Shown here: piece by piece, positions 1 to 11,566 of the stretch
How the letters are laid out: every line of letters starts with the position of its first letter
Numbering within the stretch: position 1 is the first letter of the stretch
Assembly (NCBI RefSeq): GCF_001194135.2
Contig: NC_068988.1
Span: 90,552,939-90,602,838 of the forward strand
Source: Octopus bimaculoides
Lineage: Eukaryota
Direction: 5' to 3'
DNA length: 49,900 bases
The notes under the pieces: generated by a model
Told to the model about the DNA's origin: nothing
Seen by the model: the letters and a program-made list of their open reading frames with translations, nothing else
Database searches by the model: none
Program-made: the position numbers and the translations under genes

Positions 1-73
1 GATTTAGTTCCACAAGACTTACAGTTTGGTGGGATCGTAGGATTCGTCCATTTCATCGGATGTTAGGAGACAT

Positions 74-128
74 GGCGGTGCCACAGCATGGCTGCAGTCG
101 AATGACTGAAACAAGTAAAAGATAAAAG
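74..128 (+). mobile_element. 3' tail of CORE-like SINE or its partner LINE
   Basis: GGCGGTGCCACAGCATGGCTGCAGTC..TGACTGAAACAAGTAAAAGATAAAAG matches the tails of the SINE copies ending near 7962 and 49428. Confidence 0.7.
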
Positions 129-158
129 TTTCGTGTGTGTGTGTGTGTGTGTGTGGGT

Positions 159-199
<41 letters not shown>

Positions 200-781
200 T
201 GTGTGTGTGTAAAGGATAAGTTAGATTAAAATAGATATTTGCACCTATTGAAATGGCGAATGGTTAAATAACGGAAGTTACATACAAGTATTATTGAACA
301 GCACAATTTATACACAAAGTTTTCAATAATAGAAAGTACATAGAGAATCACAAAGAGACGCGAATGGTAAAAGTTCAAAATGATTGAAAAACAAAGGGTA
401 AACTATTTTGATTGAATTCGTGACAAAATATGGTTCTATAATTTCCTTCCTCTTCGAAATTCTTCACAGAAAATTCCTCTTACCCATCACTTCACTCTCT
501 TCCTCTTATCAGACTTTTCTCACTATATACTGCTAGGTCGTTTACATATTCAATATGATTAGCATAATAAGTAAAAATGGCTAATAGAAAAGTCTACATT
601 TTGGTCTTATATTTAAAATTGTTTAATTTCTTTTCTGCTATTCGTCTGAGAAATGTTGAACATCACAGCCTCCTATTTATCTACACTCCATAAACATGAT
701 ATGTAAACGAGAGGATATCATGCCTAAATTGATGCTTGAAGGCACATTATTGATAGATATTTTATATATAAATACATAGAT

Positions 782-935
782 GCAGGTGTGGTAAGAAGCT
801 TGTTTCCTAACCACATAGTTCCGGGCTCAGTCCCACTGCGTGACACCTTGGGCAAGTGTCTTCTAATATAGGCTTGGGCTGACAAAGCCTTGTGGAAAGA
901 TTTGGAAGACGGAAACTGGAAGAAGCCGATCGTAT
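782..935 (+). mobile_element. tRNA-derived CORE-like SINE, 5' half (octopus OR-type)
   Basis: GTGGTAAG A-box-like and GGGCTCAGTCCC B-box-like motifs, then CORE-like ACCTTGGGCAAGTGTCTT. Collinear with copies at 7570, 22541 (-) and 49005; runs into (TA)n/(TG)n and a gap. Confidence 0.85.
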
Positions 936-1955
936 CGTATATATATATATATATATATATATACATGCATACATATATTTATTTATATGAGTGTGTGTGT
1001 GTGTGTGTGTGTGNNNNNNNNNNNNNNNNNNNNNNNNNNNNNNNNNNNNNNNNNNNNNNNNNNNNNNNNNNNNNNNNNNNNNNNNNNNNNNNNNNNNNNN
1101 NNNNNNNNNNNNNNNNNNNNNNNNNNNNNNNNNNNNNNNNNNNNNNNNNNNNNNNNNNNNNNNNNNNNNNNNNNNNNNNNNNNNNNNNNNNNNNNNNNNN
1201 NNNNNNNNNNNNNNNNNNNNNNNNNNNNNNNNNNNNNNNNNNNNNNNNNNNNNNNNNNNNNNNNNNNNNNNNNNNNNNNNNNNNNNNNNNNNNNNNNNNN
1301 NNNNNNNNNNNNNNNNNNNNNNNNNNNNNNNNNNNNNNNNNNNNNNNNNNNNNNNNNNNNNNNNNNNNNNNNNNNNNNNNNNNNNNNNNNNNNNNNNNNN
1401 NNNNNNNNNNNNNNNNNNNNNNNNNNNNNNNNNNNNNNNNNNNNNNNNNNNNNNNNNNNNNNNNNNNNNNNNNNNNNNNNNNNNNNNNNNNNNNNNNNNN
1501 NNNNNNNNNNNNNNNNNNNNNNNNNNNNNNNNNNNNNNNNNNNNNNNNNNNNNNNNNNNNNNNNNNNNNNNNNNNNNNNNNNNNNNNNNNNNNNNNNNNN
1601 NNNNNNNNNNNNNNNNNNNNNNNNNNNNNNNNNNNNNNNNNNNNNNNNNNNNNNNNNNNNNNNNNNNNNNNNNNNNNNNNNNNNNNNNNNNNNNNNNNNN
1701 NNNNNNNNNNNNNNNNNNNNNNNNNNNNNNNNNNNNNNNNNNNNNNNNNNNNNNNNNNNNNNNNNNNNNNNNNNNNNNNNNNNNNNNNNNNNNNNNNNNN
1801 NNNNNNNNNNNNNNNNNNNNNNNNNNNNNNNNNNNNNNNNNNNNNNNNNNNNNNNNNNNNNNNNNNNNNNNNNNNNNNNNNNNNNNNNNNNNNNNNNNNN
1901 NNNNNNNNNNNNNNNNNNNNNNNNNNNNNNNNNNNNNNNNNNNNNNNNNNNNNNN

Positions 1956-2996
1956 GACAGATCTATCAGACTCTCAAAGAGGTCAAATTCTTGGTGCTAG
2001 CGTAATTGCAAACAGCTGAAATGTTTGATGTATCAAGAAGTACTGTCTCGAAAGTAATGACAGCCTTTGAGGAAGAGGGGGAAAAACCACCTCCTCGAAA
2101 CAAAACTCCGGAAGAAAACCAAAACTTTCAGATAGGAACCGTCGGACTCTTACGCGAATTGTTAGAAAGGATCACAAAAATACAGCTCTCAAAATGACTG
2201 CAGAGGTTAATGACCACCCCGAGGACACAGTTTCCACAANNNNNNNNNNCGGATTTCGCGGGAGGGCTGCAATCAGAAAACCACTACGTTGCAAAGCTTT
2301 TAGAGTGGAGTAAAAACCTACAGAATTGGTCCCTAGAGCAGTGAAAGAATGTTATTTTCTCGGACGAGTTATCCTTTACCTTATTTCCGACCACGGGCCG
2401 AGTATACGTGTGGAGACAGCCAAAAGAAGCATTTGACCAAGACTGCCATCTTCCAACTGTTAAATCTGGAGGAGTATCTGTGATGATCTGGAAGTGGGGG
2501 GGCTATATCTTGGAAATCCGCCGGCCCAATGATTTCCCTTCATGGTAGAATTAATAGTCAAGACTAATCATTTTATCTGATCAAATTCATCCTATGGTTG
2601 CGGAACTGTTTCCGGAGGGAAACGCAATCTTTCAGATGATAATGCACCAATTCACACAGCTACACTTAGTTGTTACTGAATAGCACGAGGAACATTCTAG
2701 TGAAGTTGAACATCTTATCTGGCCACCACAGTCCCCAGATCTCAATATTATTGAACATTTATGGTGCATTTTAGAAAAACAAGTAGGGAGTTAATATCCT
2801 CCACCATCATCACTACAAGAACTGGAGACTGTTTTAGCTGAAGAATGAACAAAAATTCCTTTGGAAACAATTCAAACTTTGTACGAGTCCATACCTCGTA
2901 GAATTCAAGCTGTAATTACTGCCAAAGGCGGTCCTACCCCATATAATTAATTTGTTTGAAATTTTATGGTGCTTCCATTATTTTGTCCAACCCCTG
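1956..2996 (+). mobile_element. Tc1-family DNA transposon remnant, transposase pseudogene (probably DD36E)
   Basis: Across frameshifts: DLSDSQRGQILGA, TAEMFDVSRSTVSKVMTAF, VIFSDE (D at 2363), QDDNAPIHTA (D at 2638), WPPQSPDLNIIEHLW (E at 2753), IQAVITAKGGPTPY. Ends in TIR-like GGTGCTTCCATTATTTTGTCCAACCCCTG then TA (2997-2998). Left end lost in gap. Confidence 0.93.
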
Positions 2997-3917
2997 TATG
3001 TTTATGTGTATATATTATTACTATTAATTCGTCCATCATTGTCGACGTTGACCAAGGACATCACATAGAAGAAGACGAGTCACGATGTGTCTGGCTATGG
3101 CCGATCAGTCCAATGCGTTTTCGGAAGATTTTGCTATGGGTCGGGTACTGATGGTCTGCTGGGACTGAAGGCAAAGAGTTGGTTCTGGTTTGGCGTTTTC
3201 TGGACTAGTGTTCGCGTTTTCTTTGCGCCCCTGCAACATTGTGTGTGTGTGTGTGTGTACACGCGCGTATGTGGTTCGTGTGTGTGTGTGTAAGAACATC
3301 CACGCACGTTTGTGGTTTCAAACTATAGAAAAAAATATTTAGTACCTGACGTAAAATTTACATTTATTTGAGAATCAGCTGAAGATTTGCTCCATTAACG
3401 CTCAGAGTTTAACGTGTGCAATGGACGCACATTCAGTCAGAGAATACTTCGTAAATAAATGAAGCAATATATCCGCAACGCACCAATTGCGTTGAATCTC
3501 AATCATCAGAGCGAGTGATTGTTGTCAAACATGTAGAAGATTCTCTTGTATGTTTAAAAGAAACTATTCAATCGATACGTATGATCCTTATCAAGGGACA
3601 TTAATCTAAGCCGTGCATTTCGGAGCGTGTAGAAATTACTTAAAACGTATTGTCACCAATGTTGACAACTTAACAATACTTCTAATCTACGGTTGAGTGG
3701 TATAGTTGAAACGTTTTGGCTATGTACATCCTGCAGTTTCAGATTCCATTGAATAATGGTATGGTTTGGTCGACATTTTATACTACGGAAGTATGTTCGT
3801 TTATAAAACCTCGCTTTGCTTCAATTGAAATGTGCCATATCTAAGAGATGAGAAATTGTGTACATTATTTAAATTATTTACATTTGACAGATATTTGTCC
3901 TCATCTTGTTTGTTGTT

Positions 3918-3963
3918 AACACAACGTTTCGGCTGATACACCCTCCAGCCTTCATCAGGTGTC
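3918..3963 (-). ncRNA. Minimal type I hammerhead ribozyme motif (left arm)
   Basis: Minus strand GACAC-CTGATGA-A-GGCTG-gagggtgtat-CAGCC-GAAAC-GTT-GTGTT: both core boxes, 5-bp stem II, stem I GACAC/GTGTT, palindromic AACGTT stem III. Confidence 0.75.
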
Positions 3964-4023
3964 TTTGGGAAATTTCGAACCCGGGTTCTCATTCCTAAGG
4001 TATTCTTCTTCTTCTTCTTCTTC

Positions 4024-4076
<53 letters not shown>

Positions 4077-4363
4077 NNNNNNNNNNNNNNNNNNNNNNNN
4101 NNNNNNNNNNNNNNNNNNNNNNNNNNNNNNNNNNNNNNNNNNNNNNNNNNNNNNNNNNNNNNNNNNNNNNNNNNNNNNNNNNNNNNNNNNNNNNNNNNNN
4201 NNNNNNNNNNNNNNNNNNNNNNNNNNNNNNNNNNNNNNNNNNNNNNNNNNNNNNNNNNNNNNNNNNNNNNNNNNNNNNNNNNNNNNNNNNNNNNNNNNNN
4301 NNNNNNNNNNNNNNNNNNNNNNNNNNNNNNNNNNNNNNNNNNNNNNNNNNNNNNNNNNNNNNN

Positions 4364-4486
4364 GTGATCAGAGATGCACATATCGTCAGCCACCAAGGGA
4401 CATGCTCAACTGGTTAAGGTCAAACAATTGACAAGCAAATCTGTGGTATTGAGCAGAATATTTGCTGTAGCCCATCTTTTTATACC

Positions 4487-4487
<1 letters not shown>
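4364..4487. mobile_element. Fragment of an unrelated interspersed repeat inside the left arm (AAT)n tract
   Basis: Non-simple sequence between two (ATT)n runs, absent from the right arm. Family not assigned. Confidence 0.5.
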
Positions 4488-4558
<71 letters not shown>

Positions 4559-4560
<2 letters not shown>

Positions 4561-4632
4561 TCACTGCCTGGAATCGAACTCGAAATCTTGGGGGTTAGTC
4601 GCCCGTACTCTCAACCACTACGCCATATGCCC
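4559..4632 (-). promoter_or_regulatory. tRNA-like Pol III internal promoter in left Penelope arm
   Basis: Minus strand has TGGCGTAGTGG (A box) and GAGTTCGATTCC (B box), tRNA length, stems degenerate. Confidence 0.7.
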
Positions 4633-4717
4633 GTTGGCAATTATGGAGTGAATTTTAGGGCTTATAAAGCTAATATTCTCCTATCCTACCCCAAAAAGCA
4701 TACTCTCCACACCAATT

Positions 4718-5215
4718 ATGAAGAGAAGAGAGAATGAAACTTATAAACTGTCCACAGTCTGTCTACCCTATATGAAAGGCCTCTCCGAAAAGATACAAAA
4801 GATATGCGGCCCATATAACACCAGGAGAGTATTCAAAAGTAATACACTTCGCAAATATCTCCTTCGAATAAAACCACCAATAGAAGAAAATATGACCAAA
4901 GACTGCGTGTACTCCATCCCATGCAGCTGTGGTAGGTTATACAAAGACGAATCATGTCGCCCTCTTAAAATAAGGGTAGAGGAACTTCGCAAAACTGTGA
5001 CACGGGGAGATATTGATAAATCGGGTATAGCTAATCATGTATGGAAAAATGGAGACCGCCTGCCCCTGTGGGATGAAGCTAAAATAATAGACAGGGGACA
5101 CAACTGGAAAATACGAAAACTAAGATGCAGCACATATGCTAGGACACAACAATCTCCTAAGCAGACCGAGTGCAGATATGAACAGCATATGGGAACCTAT
5201 ATTAAGGAAGGATAG
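4718..5215 (+). pseudogene. Penelope/Poseidon-type GIY-YIG endonuclease, C-terminal fragment
   Basis: TVCLPYMKGLSEKI...CVYSIPCSCGRLYKDESCRPLKIRVEELRK...KSGIANHVW fits the PLE consensus VY.IPC.CG..YIGET.R.L..R..EH; the GET and EH residues are altered, so likely inactive. Confidence 0.88.
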
Positions 5216-5263
5216 GAGAATATTAGATTTATAAGTCCTAAAATTCACTTCATAATTGCCCAT

Positions 5264-5336
5264 GGGCATATAGCGTAGTGGTCAAGAGCACGGGCTACTA
5301 GCCCCAAGATTCCGAGTTCGATTCCACGCAGTGACC
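5264..5336 (+). promoter_or_regulatory. tRNA-like Pol III internal promoter in right Penelope arm
   Basis: TAGCGTAGTGG (A box) and GAGTTCGATTCC (B box) in 73 nt; AAGATTCCGAGTTCGATTCC resembles the tRNA-Arg variable/T region. Acceptor and T stems pair poorly. Confidence 0.72.
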
Positions 5337-5421
5337 TCTATAATAATAATAATAATAATAATAACAACAACAACGAAAAAATACCTTATGAATGAGAACC
5401 CAGGTTCGAAATTTCCCCCAA

Positions 5422-5467
5422 GACGCCTGAAGAATGCTGGAGGGTATATCAGCCGAAACGTTGTGTT
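5422..5467 (+). ncRNA. Minimal type I hammerhead ribozyme motif (right arm)
   Basis: GACGC-CTGAAGA-A-TGCTG-gagggtatat-CAGCC-GAAAC-GTT-GTGTT; same architecture, one stem II mismatch and one extra G-U in stem I. Confidence 0.68.
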
Positions 5468-5510
5468 AACAACAAACAAGATGAGGTCAAATGTAAATAA
5501 TGTTTCATCA

Positions 5511-5854
5511 TGATTCGTTTTTTTTTTAAGTATGGAAGGAGTCCTGTTACATTTATACAGATGACTTAATCATCAAGTCCATACCACGGTTTCATGTCGG
5601 TCTCTGAGTAATGCTGTTAGATGTTATGCATTCGCTAGTTGTTCTGTAGCTTTGCATTCCTAACTATTTTATTGGGGATACTTCAATGGAAATGCATAAT
5701 GTCTAAGCGTGTACGTTTCATCATTGAAGTACTTTTTATGATTCGGCTTTTTTTAAGTATGGAAAGAGTCCTGTTACATCTATGCAGATAACTTAATCAT
5801 TTAGTCCATACCACGGTTTCTTGTAAGTCTCTGAGTGATGCTAATGGATGTTAT
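5511..5854. repeat. Diverged direct duplication of about 116 bp (5511-5627 and 5739-5854)
   Basis: Both read TGATTCG(T)nAAGTATGGAA.GAGTCCTGTTACAT.TAT.CAGAT.ACTTAATCAT..AGTCCATACCACGGTTTC.TGT..GTCTCTGAGT.ATGCT...GATGTTAT. Confidence 0.85.
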
Positions 5855-6287
5855 ATACGTATATGTATATATAACATTTACATAATCACTTACACACAGA
5901 CGCATGTATTGATAGCATTAATGCGAATGCCTGGCCTGCTAAAAGTAGTAGTCGAGCCTCCTTCGCATCATTTGCTGCTATCTTTAAAAGGTGGCAGGAG
6001 CACATTCAAAAATTTAATCCTGATAGACTCTATCTGAAAGATAAAGTGGAGAATAGTGAAGGCTGGAACACGTGCTACACACAGGTCTTCTCAATTAGGG
6101 TTGGTCTGGTAGCTAAACAACAATAACATAAATAAAAACACACTTATGTACTCATATGGAAACATATGAGTGCTTATCTAAAAGCGTGAAAGAGTGTATT
6201 CTATATTTGATATGTTGCCTATTATTTGTGTTCGTATATGTGCGTGCGTGCGTGCGTGCGTTTGACTTGCATGAGCTTATAATATAG

Positions 6288-6499
6288 CTTTCAAATTTTT
6301 GGCACAAGGCCAGCATGTTCAGGGAGAGGACGGAAGTCGATTACAACGACCCCAGTACTCAACTGGTACTCATTTTATCGACTCCTAAAGGATGAAAGGT
6401 AAAGTTGGCCTCGGCGAAATTTGTACCCAGAACGTAGAGACCGACGAAATGCCACTAGGTATTTTACCCGGCGTCCTAACGATTCTGCCAGCTCGCCGC
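6288..6499 (-). mobile_element. tRNA-derived SINE with Deu/Nin-like domain
   Basis: Minus-strand head GCGGCGAGCTGGCAGAATCGTTAG and body CCTTTCATCCTTTAGGAGTCGATAAAATGAGTACCAG; collinear with 12920 and 43011 copies. Confidence 0.85.
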
Positions 6500-7569
6500 T
6501 TTCATGAGCTGATAATATTGACCCAAATGTATAGATGTGATCAGAGCTGAAACCGCATCTAAAAAGCTAAGACTACTCAACGCATTCAGCATCGATTTAT
6601 CTCTCAAAAGTATAAAACATATTTTTTTTTAATATCGTACTCTAATTATCAAACACAAAGAACTTCTAACGAATAGAGTACTATGCTATAAGCTGAACAG
6701 TTGGGCAAACCCTTGACTCATTTTAATTAACGTTTCCGACAATGGAGAGCTGGAGATAAAAATATAAAATATAACAAACCGGGATTTACATCAAAAAGTA
6801 TATAACTCTAAAACACATACAGTACAAAGACATCTAAATCAAGACCCGTTTCTTTTATCTCCACTAGTGACGTCATAGCAAGAAATAACCAATTTCTTCC
6901 AAATAATTGCCAACTAATACATCAGACACTTCTCTAAAGCTACATTGTTTTCTCTAACAATTTTTATTCTTCCCTGTGTTATTGTGTTTACCGCTGTTTC
7001 TGCTAATTGTTTAGTGTTGTATTATGGCTAGAAATAACTCACTGTCACACATATACAACACAACTAATTATCTAAAAGTAATCTACTGTATTCTTCTCTG
7101 AATCATCGGCATCCCTTGCGGCAGGTGTCTGTTTCCAATTAAAAAGGTGACAATTACAGTATAGGTATAGGACGTGGGCCCTCCATATATTCATGTCTAT
7201 CCATTTCATACTCATACACATGCACATACATGGTTTCACTTGCATACACACGCATGCATGCGTGTGTATATAAATGGGTGCGTGTGTATATGAGTGAGTG
7301 AGTGAGTAAATGAGTGAGTGATATTGTCTATGTGTGTATCTGTGTGTACATCTAAAAGTACGCTCACATGTATATAGATGCACATATATGCATTTACATA
7401 TACATCCACATACATATATACACAAATATATATGCACACACATGTATATATATATATGTATATGCTCCATCATGACCGCAGCTGCATTGCTGAAACGAGT
7501 AAAAGAATAAAAGAATATGTGTGTATATATATGTGTGTATATATATGTGAGTATATATGCATATAGAAA

Positions 7570-7720
7570 CGCGGGCGCGGCTATGTGGTAAGAAGCTTTC
7601 TTCCCGACTTCATGGTCACGGGTTCAGACCCATTCTTTGACACCTAGGTTATTTTCTGCTATAGCCTCGGGCCAACTAAAGCCTTGTGAGTGGATTCGGT
7701 AGACAGAAACTGAAAGAAGC

Positions 7721-7761
<41 letters not shown>

Positions 7762-7962
7762 TGTGTGTGTCCTGTATTTGTCCCCCACTATCGTTCGACA
7801 ACTGCTGTTGGCTTCTTAATGTTGGAAACTTTACGGTTCGGCAAAGAGAGCAGGATTGAATAGGTACCAGGCTTAAAAAATAGATACTAGGGTTGGCTGA
7901 ACACTTCAAGGCGATACCCGTAGCATGGCTGCAGTCCAGTGACTGAAACAAATAAAAGATAA
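7570..7962 (+). mobile_element. CORE-like SINE, near full length with internal (GT)n
   Basis: Head GTGGTAAGAAG..GGTTCAGACCC, internal (GT)n about 7723-7770, tail GCATGGCTGCAGTCCAGTGACTGAAACAAATAAAAGAT. Confidence 0.87.
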
Positions 7963-8023
7963 AAAAATAAAGTACGCATAGCTAGACAGGCAAACAAACA
8001 AATAGATAGATAGATAGATAGAC

Positions 8024-8070
<47 letters not shown>

Positions 8071-8536
8071 TTAATGAACCGGCAGTTTGATTTTACGTTT
8101 ACCGAACACGAAGTAAAGCAAACTCTGTTATGCCTCTACCCGCCATATATATGTGTTTCAGTAAGACAAAAGCTNNNNNNNNNNNNNNNNNNNNNNNNNN
8201 NNNNNNNNNNNNNNNNNNNNNNNNNNNNNNNNNTGGTGGTGGTGGTGGTGGTGGTGGTGGTAGTGGTGGCGGTGGTGATGGTGGTCGTCGTCGTCTTCGT
8301 CATCGTGTTCTTGTTCTTGTTGTTCCTGTTGTTTTTGTTGCTCGCCGCTGCTGCTGCTTCTGCTTTTTGCAGACATGGGATACAGACATGTGAGTAGTTA
8401 TTTATTTTCCGTGCCACGAATTGATCGGATTTAGCTTAGCTACGTGAAACTTAGTATAGTACGTCTAAGGTATAATATACATATGCTTAAGACGGACGAG
8501 TGACAGAAACACAGTAATAATTCAAGCCCTCCACTC

Positions 8537-8590
8537 CTTGAGTTTAGCCCTCTACCAAATCAACTTTACCTTTCATCCTTACGGAGTCTC
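8537..8590 (+). mobile_element. Short Deu/Nin-like SINE fragment
   Basis: GAGTTTAG..CAACTTTACCTTTCATCCTTACGGAGTC matches the family body. Confidence 0.55.
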
Positions 8591-8748
8591 CTTTTCTTAC
8601 ATAACTTCTGAATTTGTATTTGGTTTGCGCCATTTTATTCTTGAGACAGTTTAAAAGTCCACAAAGGCAGTATTGAATGTCCAGTCTAAGGAGACAACAT
8701 CTCTGAAAGTGATTGCATTTGTTATACACTTGTCACTTCCTCGACTGT

Positions 8749-9078
8749 GAAGGCGCGTGGCTTAGTGGTTAGGCGTATCCGGCTCAAGATCGTATAGTTG
8801 TGAATTCGATTCTTGCCAACGCGCTGTGTTCTTACACAAGACACTATATTTCACTTTGCTCCAATCCACTCACCTGGTAAAAAAATGTGTAGTACCTGTA
8901 TTTCAAAGGGCCAGTGTTGTCACATTCTGCGTCACACTGAATATCCCCGAGAACTACGTTAAGGGTACAAGTGTCTGTGGAGTACTCAGCCACTTGCACG
9001 TTAATTTCACGAGCAGGCTGTTCCGTTTACGGGATCAAGTGGAACTTTCGTCGGGCGTCGTAACCGACGGAGTGCCAG
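8749..9078 (+). mobile_element. tRNA-derived SINE, third family (head A)
   Basis: TGGCTTAGTGG A box, AATTCGATTC B box; last ~180 bp collinear with 14192-14370. Confidence 0.82.
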
Positions 9079-9700
9079 TTACTTTTTCACCTTCCAGTAG
9101 TTATCTATTATTTTTCATTTTATATCAAGAAGTAAAACAATCTTAATTATTGAATAAAATCAAACAGATTATCTGTTTATAATATTATTCTGCTACTGTA
9201 CATTAGTAAAGCTTCAACAAATCTTAAAGCGATGTATTCTATCCTTATTTTCATATTAAAGAGATGCTCATATGACTAAAATCCCTGTCTTTTATAGTTT
9301 GTTCTTATATAATATCTTATGTTTTAAAATATAATATAATCAAATATCATTTAGAAGCTTGAATTTTGTATCAACTTAATCAATCAAGATATTAAGCTGT
9401 CTCTTTACATAAAATTAAATCCAGATAAAATCTTCCCTGTCAATATCAACAACTGGGTATTTTCATGCTGTAAATTATTCACAATCTATGGAGAATGAAC
9501 TTCTGAATTTGACAAATTCGACCTAATTTTATAATGAATAAAATATACCACAGACGTCAAGAAAATTCTATATTGAAATTCCAATATCAAAGCATCAGAA
9601 ACTAAGTTACATTTTAGAAAACAGATTTCTTATTTACAACATTTATACAGACTTTAACCAAATGTATGGGTTCGAAAACTTTACTGCTCTAAACAAAGTG

Positions 9701-9740
<40 letters not shown>

Positions 9741-10143
9741 NNNNNNNNNNNNNNNNNNNNNNNNNNNNNNNNNNNNNNNNNNNNNNNNNNNNNNNNNNNN
9801 NNNNNNNNNNNNNNNNNNNNNNNNNNNNNNNNNNNNNNNNNNNNNNNNNNNNNNNNNNNNNNNNNNNNNNNNNNNNNNNNNNNNNNNNNNNNNNNNNNNN
9901 NNNNNNNNNNNNNNNNNNNNNNNNNNNNNNNNNNNNNNNNNNNNNNNNNNNNNNNNNNNNNNNNNNNNNNNNNNNNNNNNNNNNNNNNNNNNNNNNNNNN
10001 NNNNNNNNNNNNNNNNNNNNNNAGTGGCGGACAAAAAACAAGACAGGAAAACAAACAGAAAAGGCTTTACGGCCAGACGAGAAAAATTATGTGTGTATGA
10101 ACGCTGTGAGGCACGAACTTGAAAGGGACGAAGTAGTTAGCTT

Positions 10144-10202
<59 letters not shown>

Positions 10203-10996
10203 CATCAACTAGAGTTACAAAGATAGACTTTATATAGCGAAATGGAGAACCGGATACTCGCTACTCATGTCTTTAAACTCTCTTCCTGGATAGGACGGCA
10301 GCTAGTTGTAAGTTTAATGCTCAGGTGCTGCTGTGACTAGTACTCATTTATAGCTTAATGGTCTGGAGCAACGTGAAATGAATAACACACTCGGCGATAA
10401 GTCCGTAAATTGAACCCATGATTTTACAATCTTGAACTCGATGATCTAACCAAAAGATGACACGTCTTCAAATAAAATACACAGAATGATTTATAAACAA
10501 AATAGGAAGCTAAAAACGTACACACGGTTAGTGCACCCAAGTAACAAAGATTAGTTCCTAATTCCGGATAGGAAAACTATGGAAATTTCAGATCTGATGC
10601 TAATGACTTCTTTAGCTTATCACCAACAGTGTGACACTTGCCCAACAATAAACAACCGTGTTATGATACCTACTCTGAATGAAAGAGAACTCTTACAAAT
10701 AACAATCTGTTTTATCTAGAACAAAAAAAAAGACATGAATGTCAAGAAAATTTGATGCTTATAGAAAGGACGATATTCTCTTCCTAACACATTGAAGTGG
10801 AGTAATACAAAAATGAGAAAACTGTTTTTTTACAAAACAAAACAGATAAAACGTGAGTTCTGTATACTTTAAGCAGACACTCGCAGACAGGTACATATAC
10901 ACGTATACATACAAGCATACACAAATATGCACGTATGTATACAAATATATATATGTATATTTATACATATACGTTTGTATTTACATACACAATCAC

Positions 10997-11028
<32 letters not shown>

Positions 11029-11047
11029 GCATGCATATATATGCATG

Positions 11048-11081
<34 letters not shown>

Positions 11082-11525
11082 NNNNNNNNNNNNNNNNNNN
11101 NNNNNNNNNNNNNNNNNNNNNNNNNNNNNNNNNNNNNNNNNNNNNNNNNNNNNNNNNNNNNNNNNNNNNNNNNNNNNNNNNNNNNNNNNNNNNNNNNNNN
11201 NNNNNNNNNNNNNNNNNNNNNNNNNNNNNNNNNNNNNNNNNNNNNNNNNNNNNNNNNNNNNNNNNNNNNNNNNNNNNNNNNNNNNNNNNNNNNNNNNNNN
11301 NNNNNNNNNNNNNNNNNNNNNNNNNNNNNNNNNNNNNNNNNNNNNNNNNNNNNNNNNNNNNNNNNNNNNNNNNNNNNNNNNNNNNNNNNNNNNNNNNNNN
11401 NNNNNNNNNNNNNNNNNNNNNNNNNNNNNNNNNNNNNNNNNNNNNNNNNNNNNNNNNNNNNNNNNNNNNNNNNNNNNNNNNNNNNNNNNNNNNNNNNNNN
11501 NNNNNNNNNNNNNNNNNNNNNNNNN

Positions 11526-11566
<41 letters not shown>

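Larger units (their letters stand above)
3862..5503 (+). mobile_element. Penelope-like retroelement: 5'-truncated ORF between inverted pseudo-LTRs
   Basis: GIY-YIG fragment 4718-5215; 3862-4687 is the reverse complement of 5209-5503 apart from an insertion and gap in its (AAT)n tract; hammerhead motif in both arms. Confidence 0.88.

Noticed and set aside
5264-5336. Functional tRNA gene
   Set aside because: A and B boxes are present, but the acceptor and T stems pair poorly and no T-run terminator follows; treated as a tRNA-derived head.
5905-6130. Possible interspersed repeat ending in (AAC)n
   Set aside because: No second copy in the window and no diagnostic motif.
6868-6875. Perfect CRE palindrome TGACGTCA
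   Set aside because: One 8-mer in 50 kb is near chance expectation, and there is no linked gene.
10310-10445. Possible very decayed minus-strand SINE head
   Set aside because: Only a B-box-like GGGTTCAATT match; too degraded to assign.
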